Notes: generated by a model from the letters alone, not told the origin. A stretch of DNA of 64,000 nucleotides from Amoebophrya sp. A120 (GCA_905178155.1 CAJINV010000002.1:270354-334353); one strand, 5' to 3'. Counted from the first letter of the stretch, positions 24,304-36,519 are shown. Program-made: numbers and translations.

Positions 24304-25611
24304 CTACTTGCCCGACGAATACATCGAAGTGCAGCCAAGGTCTTCGAACCTGCTGCCGTGCGACAGCGGTTCGCTAAATTTCGGCCCTCTTGCTACTTTT
24401 TTCTTCCCGCCCAGTTTCGCTATTTCTGCTATCGCCGGTGAGAGTCCGCGCTGTTCGAAGAAGTCCTCCGCATCAGCGCAAACCCGCTCGGCGAATGCCT
24501 GCCTATCCTTCCTCTTGACCCATTTCATCAGTTTGAGGATTTCAAGGGCTTCTGCTTTTTCCCCAGCCGCCAGAAGCCGGCATCTTTCCTGCCAGAGGTC
24601 CGTGAACTCGACCGAGATCCACGGCTTCCGGTCTGTTTTGGATTTTTCGAAGACTTTGGTGCCCGCCTCCCGCAGGCTGTTTTGCAAGGTGTCGCCCTTC
24701 TGTAGTCCTTTTTCAAATTCAGAATTGAAGAAGTTTTTTTCGTCCAACGTAGCTGCTTTCGCGGTAGGAATGCGGGGTGTGGGCTTGTTTTTCTTCTTCC
24801 TCCCGAACCACTGAAGGTCGCGCTGGCTTACTTTCACCACCACCAGGCGGTGATCAAATTTACTTTTTTCGGAGGGGTCCAGTGCTTTGCAGTCCTTTAT
24901 CGCGTTTTTGAAGCCCCTGGGCGCGATGGCGTGGTCGATTTGATGGTAGCCCCGGTGCCCAAGATTGAGCGTCTTGTGCCCCGGGTGCCGCCATGTTGCG
25001 TAGCTGCGGAAGCTGTGCCGGAAGTATGACGCCAAGCTGCAGGCGTTGTTTTCTTGAAGGAAACCTTCTAGCAGGGGGGTGTTGCGATTTGCGATTTCGT
25101 TTCGGCCCCAAGGGCCCGCGAAGTCCGTCCGGAGCGGGAGGCGGGCATTGAAATCGCCCAGGAGGAGGCACTTTGTTGCTGGGGCGACGGTCGCGCTGAG
25201 CTGCGCGTAGAATTCCAGTTTTTGCGTTTCGTCTTTGTCGTCCGTGGGGGCGTAGCAACATATCACCCGGAACGGCCTGCCGGCCTTGATTTTGAAGTCG
25301 ACGTAGACTATTCGCGGACTGACTTTCCGCCAATCCACGACCTGCCCGGGGAATTTGTTGCTCACTGCTATCGCTACCCCCGCGTTGCATTTTTGCCCCC
25401 CTGCGTGGTAAATTTTCCAGTCTCCTGCTGTCTCCTCCCCCGTTTTTGTTCCCTTTGTCTCCGCGATCGCAAGACAAAGGATCCCGTGTAGTTGTGCTTC
25501 CAGTAGTATGCTCTTCTTTTTTACGTCGTCCTTGGCTTTCAACCCCAAGCCATTTACATTCCAGGTTCCAAACACAAGGTCAAGGAGGCGTTTCTTTTGA
25601 ACAGCAGCCAT
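24304..25611 (-). CDS. LINE-type APE endonuclease ORF with no RT
   Basis: GTWNVNG, IAETK, CYAPT, LLGDFNA, QIDH, FDHRLV; the ORF ends inside the flanking repeat. Confidence 0.88.
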   Translation of the reverse strand: MAAVQKKRLLDLVFGTWNVNGLGLKAKDDVKKKSILLEAQLHGILCLAIAETKGTKTGEETAGDWKIYHAGGQKCNAGVAIAVSNKFPGQVVDWRKVSPRIVYVDFKIKAGRPFRVICCYAPTDDKDETQKLEFYAQLSATVAPATKCLLLGDFNARLPLRTDFAGPWGRNEIANRNTPLLEGFLQENNACSLASYFRHSFRSYATWRHPGHKTLNLGHRGYHQIDHAIAPRGFKNAIKDCKALDPSEKSKFDHRLVVVKVSQRDLQWFGRKKKNKPTPRIPTAKAATLDEKNFFNSEFEKGLQKGDTLQNSLREAGTKVFEKSKTDRKPWISVEFTDLWQERCRLLAAGEKAEALEILKLMKWVKRKDRQAFAERVCADAEDFFEQRGLSPAIAEIAKLGGKKKVARGPKFSEPLSHGSRFEDLGCTSMYSSGK

Positions 25612-26045
25612 TTGCCTAGATCGCCACCGCGGTGCTCACAAGAACACCAGTAGCGCGAGCTGTTTCGCTTGCTTTCGGTTTTGGAGATGTAGAAGAAGAT
25701 TTTGGACGGATTTATAATTCGTTTTTCACATTGACTTTGCTGTGGAGCAAAAAAAAAAATGCTCCACGCTAGCTCTTTGGCTAGCCTTTTCCGGTTGTTG
25801 TCGGACTGCTTAAAACGTAGCTGCTTTCTAGTTATTGCATGGTGGCTCTTTTCGCAGTTGCAGTGCACCGTCCCCACACTGACAGACTTTGCAGCGCGGG
25901 CACAAAACTTGTTTCCGGGCGACGGCTAGAAACGGGCCGCGCTTCAAGGATTAGTCGTTTTCGCAGATGGAGCAGTGTTTCGCGTCTTTTCGTAGTACGA
26001 GTTGAAGACCGCGACACGCTGCAGCTCGAACTGAAACCGTAGAAA
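24348..26045 (-). mobile_element. 3'-truncated LINE fragment between 56-bp direct repeats
   Basis: Repeats 24292-24347 and 26046-26101 (1 mismatch). Confidence 0.85.
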
Positions 26046-26869
26046 ATCTTCTGTGATCTACTTGCCCGACGAATACATCGAAGCGCAGCCAAGGTCTTCG
26101 ATTTTACGCACACGACACGACGAGACAAACACTGCGAGGGTTGAAAACAGGTCCTAGAATCAGATCAGAATATTACCGCTCGGTATGCTCGCACTCGTTG
26201 GTGCGGCGGTGCAACAGTTTTTTGGAGAGAAACTCAACAGACCCCCAGTGAGAGATAGATAGATAGAGCTGGACGGACTAGTGGAAAGAGAAAAGACGAA
26301 AGAGAGCTATAGTGGGCCACTACCTGTACTCAAAAAATAAAAAAAACGCTGATAAAAAGTAAACCTCGACTGAGAACTAGCTTTTTTGTTACAGTTATAC
26401 TCGTACAAATCCCTGTGCTCGTGAGTGAAAAGTACAATTTTAGATGGGGACCAGGCGAGCTGTGCGAAGTCTACTTTTTGAACCTTTTGTAGTGAGGAGA
26501 ACTAACTTTTTCACGTGATTTTCGGACCCTAGCATGCGGACAAGGCGAGACGTTTCTATTGGTTTCTTCGCGGGAAAATTATTAGTGAGCTGCTGTTTCA
26601 AGGTTTTTCAAAGAGGAAGCGTGAAAAACGAGTTTTCGGTCGAGGAGATAATATAATTATAATAATAGTGAAACGAACTTGGCCTCCCCCTTTGCTATAA
26701 TCTATAGGAGGCACTTAGAAAAATAATTCTAAACGAATGTGCTTAGAAGGTCTCATCTAGACGCTTCGTGTAACAGATTGAACGCGTTCCCGTTATCTGT
26801 ACCCCGTACCGTCGTGCAAAGTGTTATCCTGCACGCCCTGGCGAGCATGTGAATGCCAGCACCAGAATG

Positions 26870-28615
26870 GCCAGAGTGGCCGAATCATGTGAATGAATGA
26901 TGGCCAGAAGCTCCTTGCCCAGCCGGGCGGGGCAAAAGTGACGGCGAGCGGCTCCTTGGCCATCACCTCCGCTCGAGCAAAGTTGAAACTTTTGGCCATC
27001 ACTTTCCGGCCGGGCAACAGTGGTGGCCAAGAGCTCGTCGGCCACCACTTTCCGCTGGCTCGGACATAAGTCATGGCCGAGAGCCCCTTGGCCATGACTT
27101 TCCGGCCGGGCAAAAATGATGGCTAACTAAGGGCCCCCGCCGGCCTGGCCATCAATTTTGGCCATCACTTTCCGGCCCGCCGGGCAAAAGAGACGGCCAA
27201 GGGCAGGAGCTCCTGGGCCATCACTTTCCGCTTCCGGTCGGGCCCTTGGTCACTCCTTTGACTTTCCGGCCGGGCAAAAATGGTGGGCAAGAGCTCCTCT
27301 GGTGCCATCATTTTCCGGCGGGCCGGGTAAAGTGGTGGCCAGGGGCTCCTGAGCCTTCACTTCCCGGCCGGGCAAAAGTGATGGCCGAGAGCTCCCTGGC
27401 CATCGCCTTCCGCCCGGGCAAAAGTCCTCGCCAAGAGCCCGCTGGCCATCGTTTCCCGGCGGGCCGCTGGCTCGGGCTGAAGTAATGGCCTAGAGCCCCA
27501 GGGCTATCACTTTGGGCGGGCAAATTGTGAAAACCGACCTCAAGTCCGAATCCCCCTGCTGTCGTCGGGATGTCTGTTGTCGCGAAAGCCTTCGCGACGG
27601 CATCCGGGCGACAATAGGGGGACTCGGACCTGAGAGCGGTTTTCACAACTTGCAGCCCAAGCGTGAGAGCCATTCCCAACCTCGAGCCCCCCTGTTGTCG
27701 TCAGGATACTGTCGCGAAGGGCTTCGCGACAGTATCCTGACGACAGCAGGGGGACTCGGACTGGAAAAATGGGAAAGCCATTTTCTCGAGTCCGAATCCC
27801 CCTGCTATCGTCAGGATACTGTCGCGAAGCGTATCCTGACGACAGCGCGGGGCCTCAAGCAGCTTGAAGCTGGTTTCTTTCGATAAAAAAACCCTTTTCA
27901 AGCGCTGGCAAAAGTGATGGCGAAGAGCTCCCTTCCTGGGCATCGCCTTTCGGCCGGGCGCAAGTGATGGCCAAGAGCCCCCTGGCCGCCAACGTGGCCA
28001 TCGCTTCTCGGCCGGGCCAACGTGATGGCCAAGAGCCCCGCGGCCATCGCTTTTCGTTCGAGCAAAAGCGATCGTGGCCATCGCTTTCCGGTCCGGCAAG
28101 AGTGGTGGCCGAGAACTCCGCGGCCATCACTTTTTGCCATCGCTTTCCGGTCGGGCAAAAGTAACGGCCAGAAGCTCCCTGGCCATCACTTTTCGGCCGG
28201 GCAGAGAAAAACGGTGGCGACAGCTCCTTGGCCATTACCTTTGCCCAGCGCTTTACTGTCGGGCAAAAGTGATGGCCAGTAGTTCCGCTTCCACCGCTTT
28301 TCGCCCGGGCATGCCTGCGAAAGTCCTCGGCCATCACTTCTGGCCATCCCATCGCTTTCCGGTCGGGCAAAAGTGATGGCCAAGAGCTCCCTGCTCATCC
28401 ATTTCCGGTCGGGCAAAAATGATGGCCAAGAGCCCCATAGCCACCCAGCCACCGGCGTTCGCTCGTTTGCCATCACTTTCGTTCCGGGCGGGCAAAAGTG
28501 GTGGCCAGCAGCTCCTTGCCCGGGCCATCACTTTTGGCCATCGCCTTCCGGTACGGTCGGGCAAAAGTGATGGACAAGAGCTCCCTGGCCGTCATTTTCG
28601 GCCATCAGTCAGGCG
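26870..28615. repeat. GC-rich palindromic minisatellite array
   Basis: Degenerate ggccatcactttccggccgggcaaaagtgatggccaagagctccct units; alternating-orientation ~42-bp units at 27544-27846. Confidence 0.9.
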
Positions 28616-29174
28616 GTAGCGCCCCGGGCGGATTTTTCTTCTAAAAACTGGCTAAAATTCCCGGTCTTTCAAGAATTTGCAAAGGCGCGCGCCCGGCCCC
28701 GCCCGCCCTCAGTTTCCTGCTGCCGCGCCCTTGTGTGGGCCCTGTTGCGATTGTGAAGCGCCAAGAGGCCCCCGCCCCTGGCGTTTCGGTTTGGCGTCTC
28801 TCCCGGTTCCCTTTGTCTCTCTCCCTCGCGCCGGGCGCGCAGAAAATTTAAAATTTAAAAATTCGCACCGTTTTCGGGGAAAACAAATTTTGGCTGGCAT
28901 GCCGGTTGTCGGCCGGTTCGGGTGCGTTGCGCAGGGCGGCCCTGCCTGGGGTTGCCGGGTTATGTCGCAGGCAGGACAGTCTCGGGGAAAGCGTCGCCAC
29001 ACCTTGCTTGTGTTCGGGGCCCCCGAACACAAGTAAGGTGTGTTGCAGGGGATGACGCTTTGTAGGAGATGATGTGCGAGCGTGGTGTGGGAAATGATGT
29101 TCGACGTGCATGTCGAACATCAGCTCCAAACATCACCTACATTCAGCTACACCCGGCGGGAATGTTTCGCGTGA

Positions 29175-29500
29175 TCCAGTTTTAGAAGATCGGAACGAAT
29201 TCCGTTTTCGTCTTCTAAAACTGGTTATGTTCGGCTTCTAAAATCCCGGACGCGCGGCTTCTAAAATCACAAAACACGCAAATCGTGAGGGAATTTGCGT
29301 GCTCAGTGATTTTAGAAGATTTTTAGAAGCCGGACAGGGTCCGGGATTTTCCCACCTCCGGCTGGGAAATTAGAAGAAAGCTAGAAGATTTTTTAGAAGG
29401 AAAATTAGAAGCGCACTTTAGAAGGTTTTTTAGAAGGTAAATTAGAAGGAATTTTAGAAGGTAAATTAGAAGGTTTTTTAGAAGGTAAATTAGAAGGTAG
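29175..29500. repeat. ttagaag/cttctaa-rich repeat
   Basis: Many ttagaag(g) units, some inverted. Confidence 0.85.
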
Positions 29501-29964
29501 GTGGGGAAGCCATTGCCATGGCCATTTCAGAAATGAAAACTAGAAGCCACCCCCGCGGGTGGCTTCTAGCATTCGCTTCTGACCTGGTTGTGAGCGCTAT
29601 CCTGCGTTCTGGTTTTCCCTTGGAGGCGCGCTCGAGGTTTTCCTCGAGTACAGTGCCGGACTCGGAAGCTTCGCAAAATAGGCCGCCCTACTTGTGGTTG
29701 CCGCTTATCCTAGGTCGGGGCGATGGTCTGATGGTGGTGGTGGTTGTGTGGTGATGGATGTCCGAGGCCATTGTGGTGCCAGGGTGGTGACATGGGGATT
29801 CTTCGACGCAGTGCAGGTTGTCTGTCTTGTTTCGGGTGTGGGGCCTGGGTTATATGTTGGGCAGGAGGTTCGGGAGTGGCAAAATTTGAAAATGCCGGGA
29901 AAATTAGAAGCGTTTTAGAAGCAGAGGCCGCCCGGGTGTTTCCCGCCTGACATCAGCCAATTTC

Positions 29965-30150
29965 TTTCCGTGCGGGCAAAAGTGTTGGCCAAGAGCTCCG
30001 CGGCCACCACTTTCGGGTCGCGCAAAATTGTTGGCCAAGTGCCCCATGGCCATCACTTTTGCCCATCGCTTTCCGGTCGGGCAGCCGGGCAAGAGTGATG
30101 GCCAAGAGCTTCCGGGCAGGCACTTTTTGCCACCTCTTTCGTTCCGGCCG
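29965..30150. repeat. Second patch of the palindromic minisatellite
   Basis: Same unit as 26870-28615. Confidence 0.85.
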
Positions 30151-30381
30151 GGCACGCTTTTCCTATCCGGCTTCAACCACTTTTCTCGCGCACGCTTTTG
30201 CCCCTCGGCTTCTGGTGCATGGCATGGGCGGGGGGGCGCGAGGCAAAACCGCGCAAACAAGCCCCCGGAAGCGTGAGTCCCATCCCCATCCAGGGGCGGG
30301 GGTTTTCTTTACGCCGGCCGCCGAAGCCGCCCCAGATCAGAATAAGCTTCGCAACTGGCCCCCTCGCTTTGCTTGCCGCGT

Positions 30382-30677
30382 GCGGCTAAAGGGCTGACGG
30401 CGGGCCGGCGTCCTGGACGCCGGACCGCAAAAGGCGTTAAAGCGGCGAGGCCGCTAGGGCAAGCGCAGGCGCGGCAACGCGGCTAAAGGGCTGACGGCGG
30501 GCCGGTGTCCTGGACGCCGGACCGCAAAAGGCGTTAAAGCGGCGAGGCCGCTAGGGCAAGCGCAGGCAGGCGCGGCAACGCGGCTAAAGGGCTGACGGCG
30601 GGCCGGCGTCCTGGACGCCGGACCGCAAAAGGCGTTAAAGCTGCGAGGCCGCTAGGACAGGCGCAGGCGCGGCAACG
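30382..30677. repeat. ~98-bp tandem repeat, 3 copies
   Basis: gcggctaaagggctgacggcgggccgg at 30382, 30479, 30580. Confidence 0.95.
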
Positions 30678-31891
30678 ATCTTCCTCGCGGCAGGCAGCGC
30701 TATGCTTTTCAACCTTCTCGCCACATGACATTCTATTCGACTCCAAGCCAGACCTTCTGAACACATTCCCATCTTTAGAATTATCTTTAAATCTACTAGC
30801 CCAGCGGGCGTCCGGGACGCCCGCGTCAAGAGGCTAGGAACTATACTTCTACTTACCGCTAAGAAAAGCACACACTTCTCCATACACAAACTTCTCACCT
30901 CTTGCAGCAACACGACCCTCACTTCCGCGCGCTCGTATGTCTGCGTATTGGTAGAAAAGCACAGGCGGAACTCGCATCAGGCATCGTGATTTACTACGCG
31001 CAAATCACTTACCGCGTGTTCTTCCTGGGGGGATTAGTGTTACCAAAACTGCTCCGCTGCCGTGTGTGAGGGTCGTGTTGCGTGTGCGTCTGCAGCTACT
31101 GCTGCGGGTTCACGCGCGCCGCTTCCCGTGCCGCACGCTGGCGCTTCAATCTCGAAATTTGTTGGTCGCGGGTGCTGATAAACTCGTCCCAAAGGAAGAA
31201 CAAAGAACAAATCGCGTTAGCTTCCTCTTCCGAAAAGAACGTCCAAAGGAAGTGGGACCATCACTACCACTGCTCCTGGGTAGTGTGGCGCAATTTTTGT
31301 TCGGGTAAGACAGAAGTGCTGCGCATTCTTGATAAAACCCAAGCCCTACTTTGCTGGGCATTTGTTTCTAAGCGGAAGTTTCAACACCATATTCCCCAAC
31401 ATGATCGCGATTCTTCTTCCATTTTTTCCTGAAGGGGAGCGCTACTTCTTTTTGTCTTCGGAAGTAAAAGTATACAACAACTTTTAAATCATACAATGAT
31501 TGCATTGTCAAAAACCCTGCACGCCTACTTGGAAAATCCGACAGCACGAACGAGCGACAATTTTGCTCCACGAAGGATCTCTACTTGCACTTTCCAAAGC
31601 AGGATACGGAAAGGACTATAGAGATCGCCTTCAATTATACAGCAAACTTTAAGTTTGTTCGTCTTTGTGTTTCAAAGGGCCTCGTCCAGAATAAAATCGG
31701 CGTCATTCTCAATAGGCCGGGCAACGACCATTTTTCTCCTCCGGCAAAACAAAATCCACACAGTTGTGGAAAACAAAACTCAGGCGGCGCTGTCTTCAAA
31801 ACAGAATTGACTGTACCTACCGCCCTGCTACTTGCGCTGCCACCGTGGTATCAAAATCGGGGAACGCGGTAGTACGTTACAACTGCGGAGT

Positions 31892-34545
31892 CTAGAGGAG
31901 GGACTGCGGGAGCGAAATCGGCGTACCACGGGATGATCGCGGGGCGCCTTCCGTAGGACGAGGACCCGTAGCTGGTTCACGGTGCTGAGCGGCTACGGTT
32001 ACAACCCCTTGCTTTGTCTTATCAACTTCAAATATACAATCCGGGTCTGGAGGAAGAGTGTGAGATTAGATTTGTCATGCACATTTTGCATGACCCATGC
32101 TGTCTGTGATGTATGCCCTAGCATGATCACAAGCTTCCTGAGTGCTTGCTTCTTGCTGCGTAATATTCGGCAGAAGCACTAATTCCCTGCTCTCCACGTA
32201 GTCAAAACTGACCTCGTCTTCCTCTTCGCTGTTCAAGCAAAATTTCCGATTTCTTCAGCATGAGAAGCTTCCATCAAAAGCAGCACCACAAGTGGCACTC
32301 TCGTCCCAGACCACCCAGACGTAATATAATTTGCACTGCATATGCCTCGTCCCAACACCGCGACGCGAAGTGGGAAAACTCTGTTCCCTTGTCCCTCCAG
32401 AAAGAAGCTTGGCTCATTGCAATAGCCGACGCACAAGCGGCAGGAAAGGCGATTATACAGTACTCGGAGCCAAACGCCAACGCCGCCACGCCAACAAGGA
32501 GGACACAAACGTTGCAGTATGGCGTTCCGAAGCGTAGTTACTTACACCCCCAACTGTTAAAGTCAAGTGAGTTCGCGATATAAGAATGGCAAAAGCGCGT
32601 CTTGCGTGATAGATTTGGTAGAGGTTCTCATCCTGCTTGGCTCTTCGAGAACTTGTCATGCGAAGCAGCTTGATTGTGATTTTGCGTGACAAGAAATCAT
32701 GATAGAACAGCTGAGAATGTAGTAACACTGGAGAACGCCATATCTCACGCACACGCGCGCTTCTTCGGAATTGTTTGGCAATCGCGTCACGGCATCCAGC
32801 CTCTATGGCGCAGCGCAAGCTCGGCTGAGTAATGTGACGAATATCGTTGCTATTGATCAGCGCACCGCAAGCTGGGGGCTGCGCGTGCATCGCCGCCCAG
32901 GCACGTGTGTCCTCCAGCTCTTTGAGAGTGATCCCGTTCTTGCTATCCTGAGTAAAAACACCCCCAACCCATAGTTGTAATGCTAAAGGAATTGCAGCAC
33001 ACTTTGCCCCCACCTCTGCCCCAGGCCGCAGATGGCTTGACACGCAGGGAGGGTAAGTCAGGCGGACACAGAAGTGCCATAACACATAGTTGTAATGCAA
33101 ATCTGCGTGCCAAAAAAGTTTCTCACGTGGAAGCGCATGAGAAGCATTTTCTGGTCGTGTTTTGGACTTTGCGATGCTATAATCAGCATCATGCGCTAGA
33201 TCTGTGACGCTGCTGAACTACCTAAACAGGACTACACTACGAGGAGAAACTTGTCATGCGAAACCACCAAAGATGGCTAATTTGTCTTGCAGATTTCCCA
33301 TCTTGACTCTGGTGTGGGGACGACGTTTTTACTCAGGATACATGTCTTCGTTTCTGCAGAACGGGCACCGCAGCTGTTTCCCTGGCTCCGTCCTTCTCCT
33401 CCACTCGTTCCAGCAGGGGCATCAAAGTGAAAGCCCCCCCCTCCCCACATCGAAACGAAATTTCTGACGCTGGAATTGCGCACACAAATCAAATTTGTCT
33501 CTGCAGGCCCATATCGTGCCAATGTAGAGAGGTTTTGGCCTAGGCAGTTGGCAGGAGGAACGTCTATGCTGTAGGACCAACAGCATTGCAAATCGCCGGC
33601 ATAATCGGGCGGAGCCCGTGCCGTCGCTTTCTTGCAAGACAGACCCGATTTGTGGTCACAAATCAGCATTACAAATTCTCTGAGGCGTTCCTTTTCGATA
33701 AGGGGAGGGGGGATTTTTCCTCACGATAAGGAGTCGCAGAACCTTTTTGCGCAACACGGGGTCTATCCTGTGCAAAAGTATCGCACTCGTAGTAATTGCG
33801 GTTATGCATTACAAATCTTTTTCCTAAGGTCAATCAGCATAACAAATTCCATTTCTCACGCTGAGGAAATTTGTAATGCAATTCATACTAGTACGATGCT
33901 TTTGCAATTCATAGGGTCAATTTTACTTCGGCGATGTTGGATTCCCCACAGATGGGACAGCAATTATCCTGCTGTATGGGAGAGCACAACAACTCCCCCT
34001 CTCCCTCATTTGTCAATCCAAAATTATAACAAATCCAAGCGCTCCTGTTGCGTGGTGCCGTAGTTTGCATGACAGATTCCGGAAGGAGCCGAAACAGGTG
34101 GACTACATTCGGCACGACACACATTTACCATGAATTGGCTCCACCTCCACGCGCTGTGCTTGTGTTTGTATTTACTGTTCATGCCAACATACACATGAGG
34201 GGGAAAAGGGGGGGTTGTTACTCTCATATCCTGTTCTTGCCCATCAGCTGCTGCGGGCGCAGTTGTACTAGCCACAACAGGTGCAGCGGTTGCGGCGGGT
34301 GGAGCAGCAGAAGGATTGTCGGGCGGGTTTACTATTGCGCTGGACGAAGCACCTCTAGCTCTAGGTGGACTACGATTGATATTATTACCACGACGATGGC
34401 GCGGTGGCTGCAGAGCGGAGACAAAACTACCAAAGCAATATTGGTCTTCGAACAACCCGACGTGCTGGAAGAGAGTCTGCACGCACAAGAGGCCGGCGAC
34501 GCAAAGACGACCGAAGTTGATGCTCTTGCAGTGGTGCGCCGTCAT
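31892..34545 (-). CDS. RING-finger protein (321 aa) with hydrophobic leader and C-terminal hydrophobic segment; 6 introner introns
   Basis: Exons 34545-34229, 33969-33914, 33758-33729, 33414-33341, 32938-32743, 32512-32343, 32014-31892 total 966 nt; CPICGESNIAEVKLTPCCAKRFCDSCWNEW...CPFCR. Confidence 0.88.
32020..32342. mobile_element. Degenerate family B introner
   Basis: Direct repeat tgtct/tgcct. Confidence 0.78.
32518..32742. mobile_element. TIR introner, family E
   Basis: tatggcgttc / gaacgccata; direct repeat decayed. Confidence 0.85.
32944..33340. mobile_element. TIR introner, family A, with nested insertion 32984-33084
   Basis: Direct repeat cttgc/catgt; internal 14-bp duplication catagttgtaatgc. 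Confidence 0.9.
33420..33728. mobile_element. TIR introner, family H
   Basis: gaaagcccccccctcccc / ggggaggggggatttttcctcacgata; direct repeat agggg/aggag. Confidence 0.85.
33764..33913. mobile_element. TIR introner, family C
   Basis: TSD gggtc. Confidence 0.95.
33975..34228. mobile_element. TIR introner, family G
   Basis: Direct repeat tgctg/tcctg; TIR resembles 62690-62910. Confidence 0.88.
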
Positions 34546-35036
34546 GATTGCAGTTTTGGGCTTAGGAAATGATGATTTTAAAAAATAAAAATGATGATTT
34601 AGGAAATGATGATTTAAGCTTCGGAAATAAACTTGTCCGATTTTTGCAAGGAGTACAGTAAAGCTCTGCTTCAGGATTTAGTTCGTACTTGTAGTTGTAG
34701 AGGTATCTTTTATTTGTAACGCAGGGTAAGCACGTAGTAACGACTTCAAAAAAAACGACTGTTCCGGTTACTGCATTTGTTGGTCCAAGAATGGAGTGGC
34801 TTAAATGTATTTTCTTTGGCAGAAACAATTTGCCGAAGGTGCGGCAGCACATTGATCCTTATTCTTAAACCGACGACCCGTCGACAAAAATTGATTCCGC
34901 AAAATTTGCATGGATGCACACTGAGTGGTCGTGGGGCTAAAGCTGACTAGTGTCCCAAAACTTTCATTCATCATCATCATCATCATCAAAATTTGCATGG
35001 ATCTTTCTCCTGGTAGGACAACATTTCTTGCACAAG

Positions 35037-35271
35037 TATGGCGTTCTCAAACGTTACATTCTCAACTGTTACATGGTTTGTCATGCAAAATTGCCTTCAG
35101 AAGCGACACCATCAAGCTGCTTCGCATGACAAATTCTCAGAGGGCCAAGTAGGGTGATAATGGGCGCCAAGTCTGTCATGCAAGACGCGCAAGATCGCCC
35201 CTATCACTTTTGCCATTCTTGCATCACGAATTCATGTAACAGTTGAGAATGTAACGTTTGAGAACGCCATA
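35037..35271. mobile_element. Intergenic family E element
   Basis: ~37-bp perfect TIR; TSD acaag; empty-site paralog near 39510. Confidence 0.96.
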
Positions 35272-35364
35272 ACAAGGTAATTTGGATCGCGGTTTCGGGT
35301 GTGGATCTTCATCTTGCTTTGGTTTCTGTTCTTGACTCCTCACTAGTACCGCCGCCCGCGGTAG

Positions 35365-35623
35365 TATCAAATGTCTGGGTCTGGAAGAATACAACTCGTG
35401 ATGCTACTTTTGGAATCTACATAAAAACTGTATTGCATGAACAGCAAAAGAGGTGTAATTTGTGCTACGCGGAGAGGGCATTTCTCATGCGGTATGAGCA
35501 TCAGAAAGCCCTCGCAAAATCTCTGATGCTAGGGCATGCATCACAGACCTCATCATGGGTCATGCAAAATGTGCATGACAAACTCCTGCATTCTTCCAGG
35601 CCCAGACATTTTTGCAATCCATA
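35365..35623. mobile_element. Intergenic family B element
   Basis: TSD ggtag. Confidence 0.93.
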
Positions 35624-35847
35624 GGTAGATATCAACGGCAATTTTCACTAGTAACCGACAGACTCAGTTCTGGAGTGCCTTATAATTGGATCATTCTGTT
35701 CCTCCTTTCTACTTGTTGTGCCTTACATTAGGGTCTGATCGGAGTTCATGGAGGGAAAATTTTATCGTCGCGGCGCACTGAATTCGCAAGCAGTTCCCGT
35801 TGTTACCGAAGTATCTTCTGTGATCTACTTGCCCGACGAATAAATCT

Positions 35848-36010
35848 TGGGGAAATTTCTGCTGTGCGGTTAGAGAAAAAGACCATTTGTTGACTTTTTT
35901 ATTCCTTGCTCTAAGTTCCAGGCACGATCCATTCTTGGCACACACAAACACACCGTCGTCCTGGCGATCTCAGAAGTAGTTCTCTGGGTCATCAGAAATT
36001 TTCTTTCATT
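35848..36010. repeat. Dispersed duplication (second copy 43625-43795)
   Basis: gaaaaagaccatttgttgactttt...ggcgatctcagaagtagttctctgggtc. Confidence 0.9.
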
Positions 36011-36519
36011 TATGTTTTTCCTATTTGGCAGAAATTAGCCACAGTGGCGGCACATTGATTTTCTTCAAGAAACCGACTCTACTTCGAGGAAAATTCGGAA
36101 AAATTTGCATGGATCAGGATCTAGGCCTTCACTTCTTGCTTAAAAAAATTTTGATCGCGTTTTGGGAAGTCGTGGATCTTCATCTTCTTTTGGTTTCTGT
36201 TCTTTTTAAAAGAACAGAAACCAAAGGAAGATGAAGGGAAAAGAGTATGGAAAGGGTAATGCTCTTTCCCCTTCGCGGCAACTACCATCTAATACGTAGC
36301 GACCTCCTGACCACCCCACTTCTCAACCGACTTCGCGTGCAGCTCCTTCGTGTTTTTAGAATCGACATTGCTACGGTTGTTATCTCGAAGTTAGTTACCG
36401 ACGTTGCGCACAAAGTAAGAACCGGCTGTAGAAGCGCACAGGATGGGTGTTCCCACACCTCCACGTCCACACAATGTCACAACAAGACGACTTTCTTTCA
36501 AAATACCCAACCCACGGGT

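Noticed and set aside
29380-29500. Telomeric TTTAGGG tract
   Set aside because: The units are ttagaagg variants, not TTTAGGG.
26793-30922. ORFs within the palindromic repeat block
   Set aside because: They are products of stop-poor GC-rich repeats and show no domain signal.
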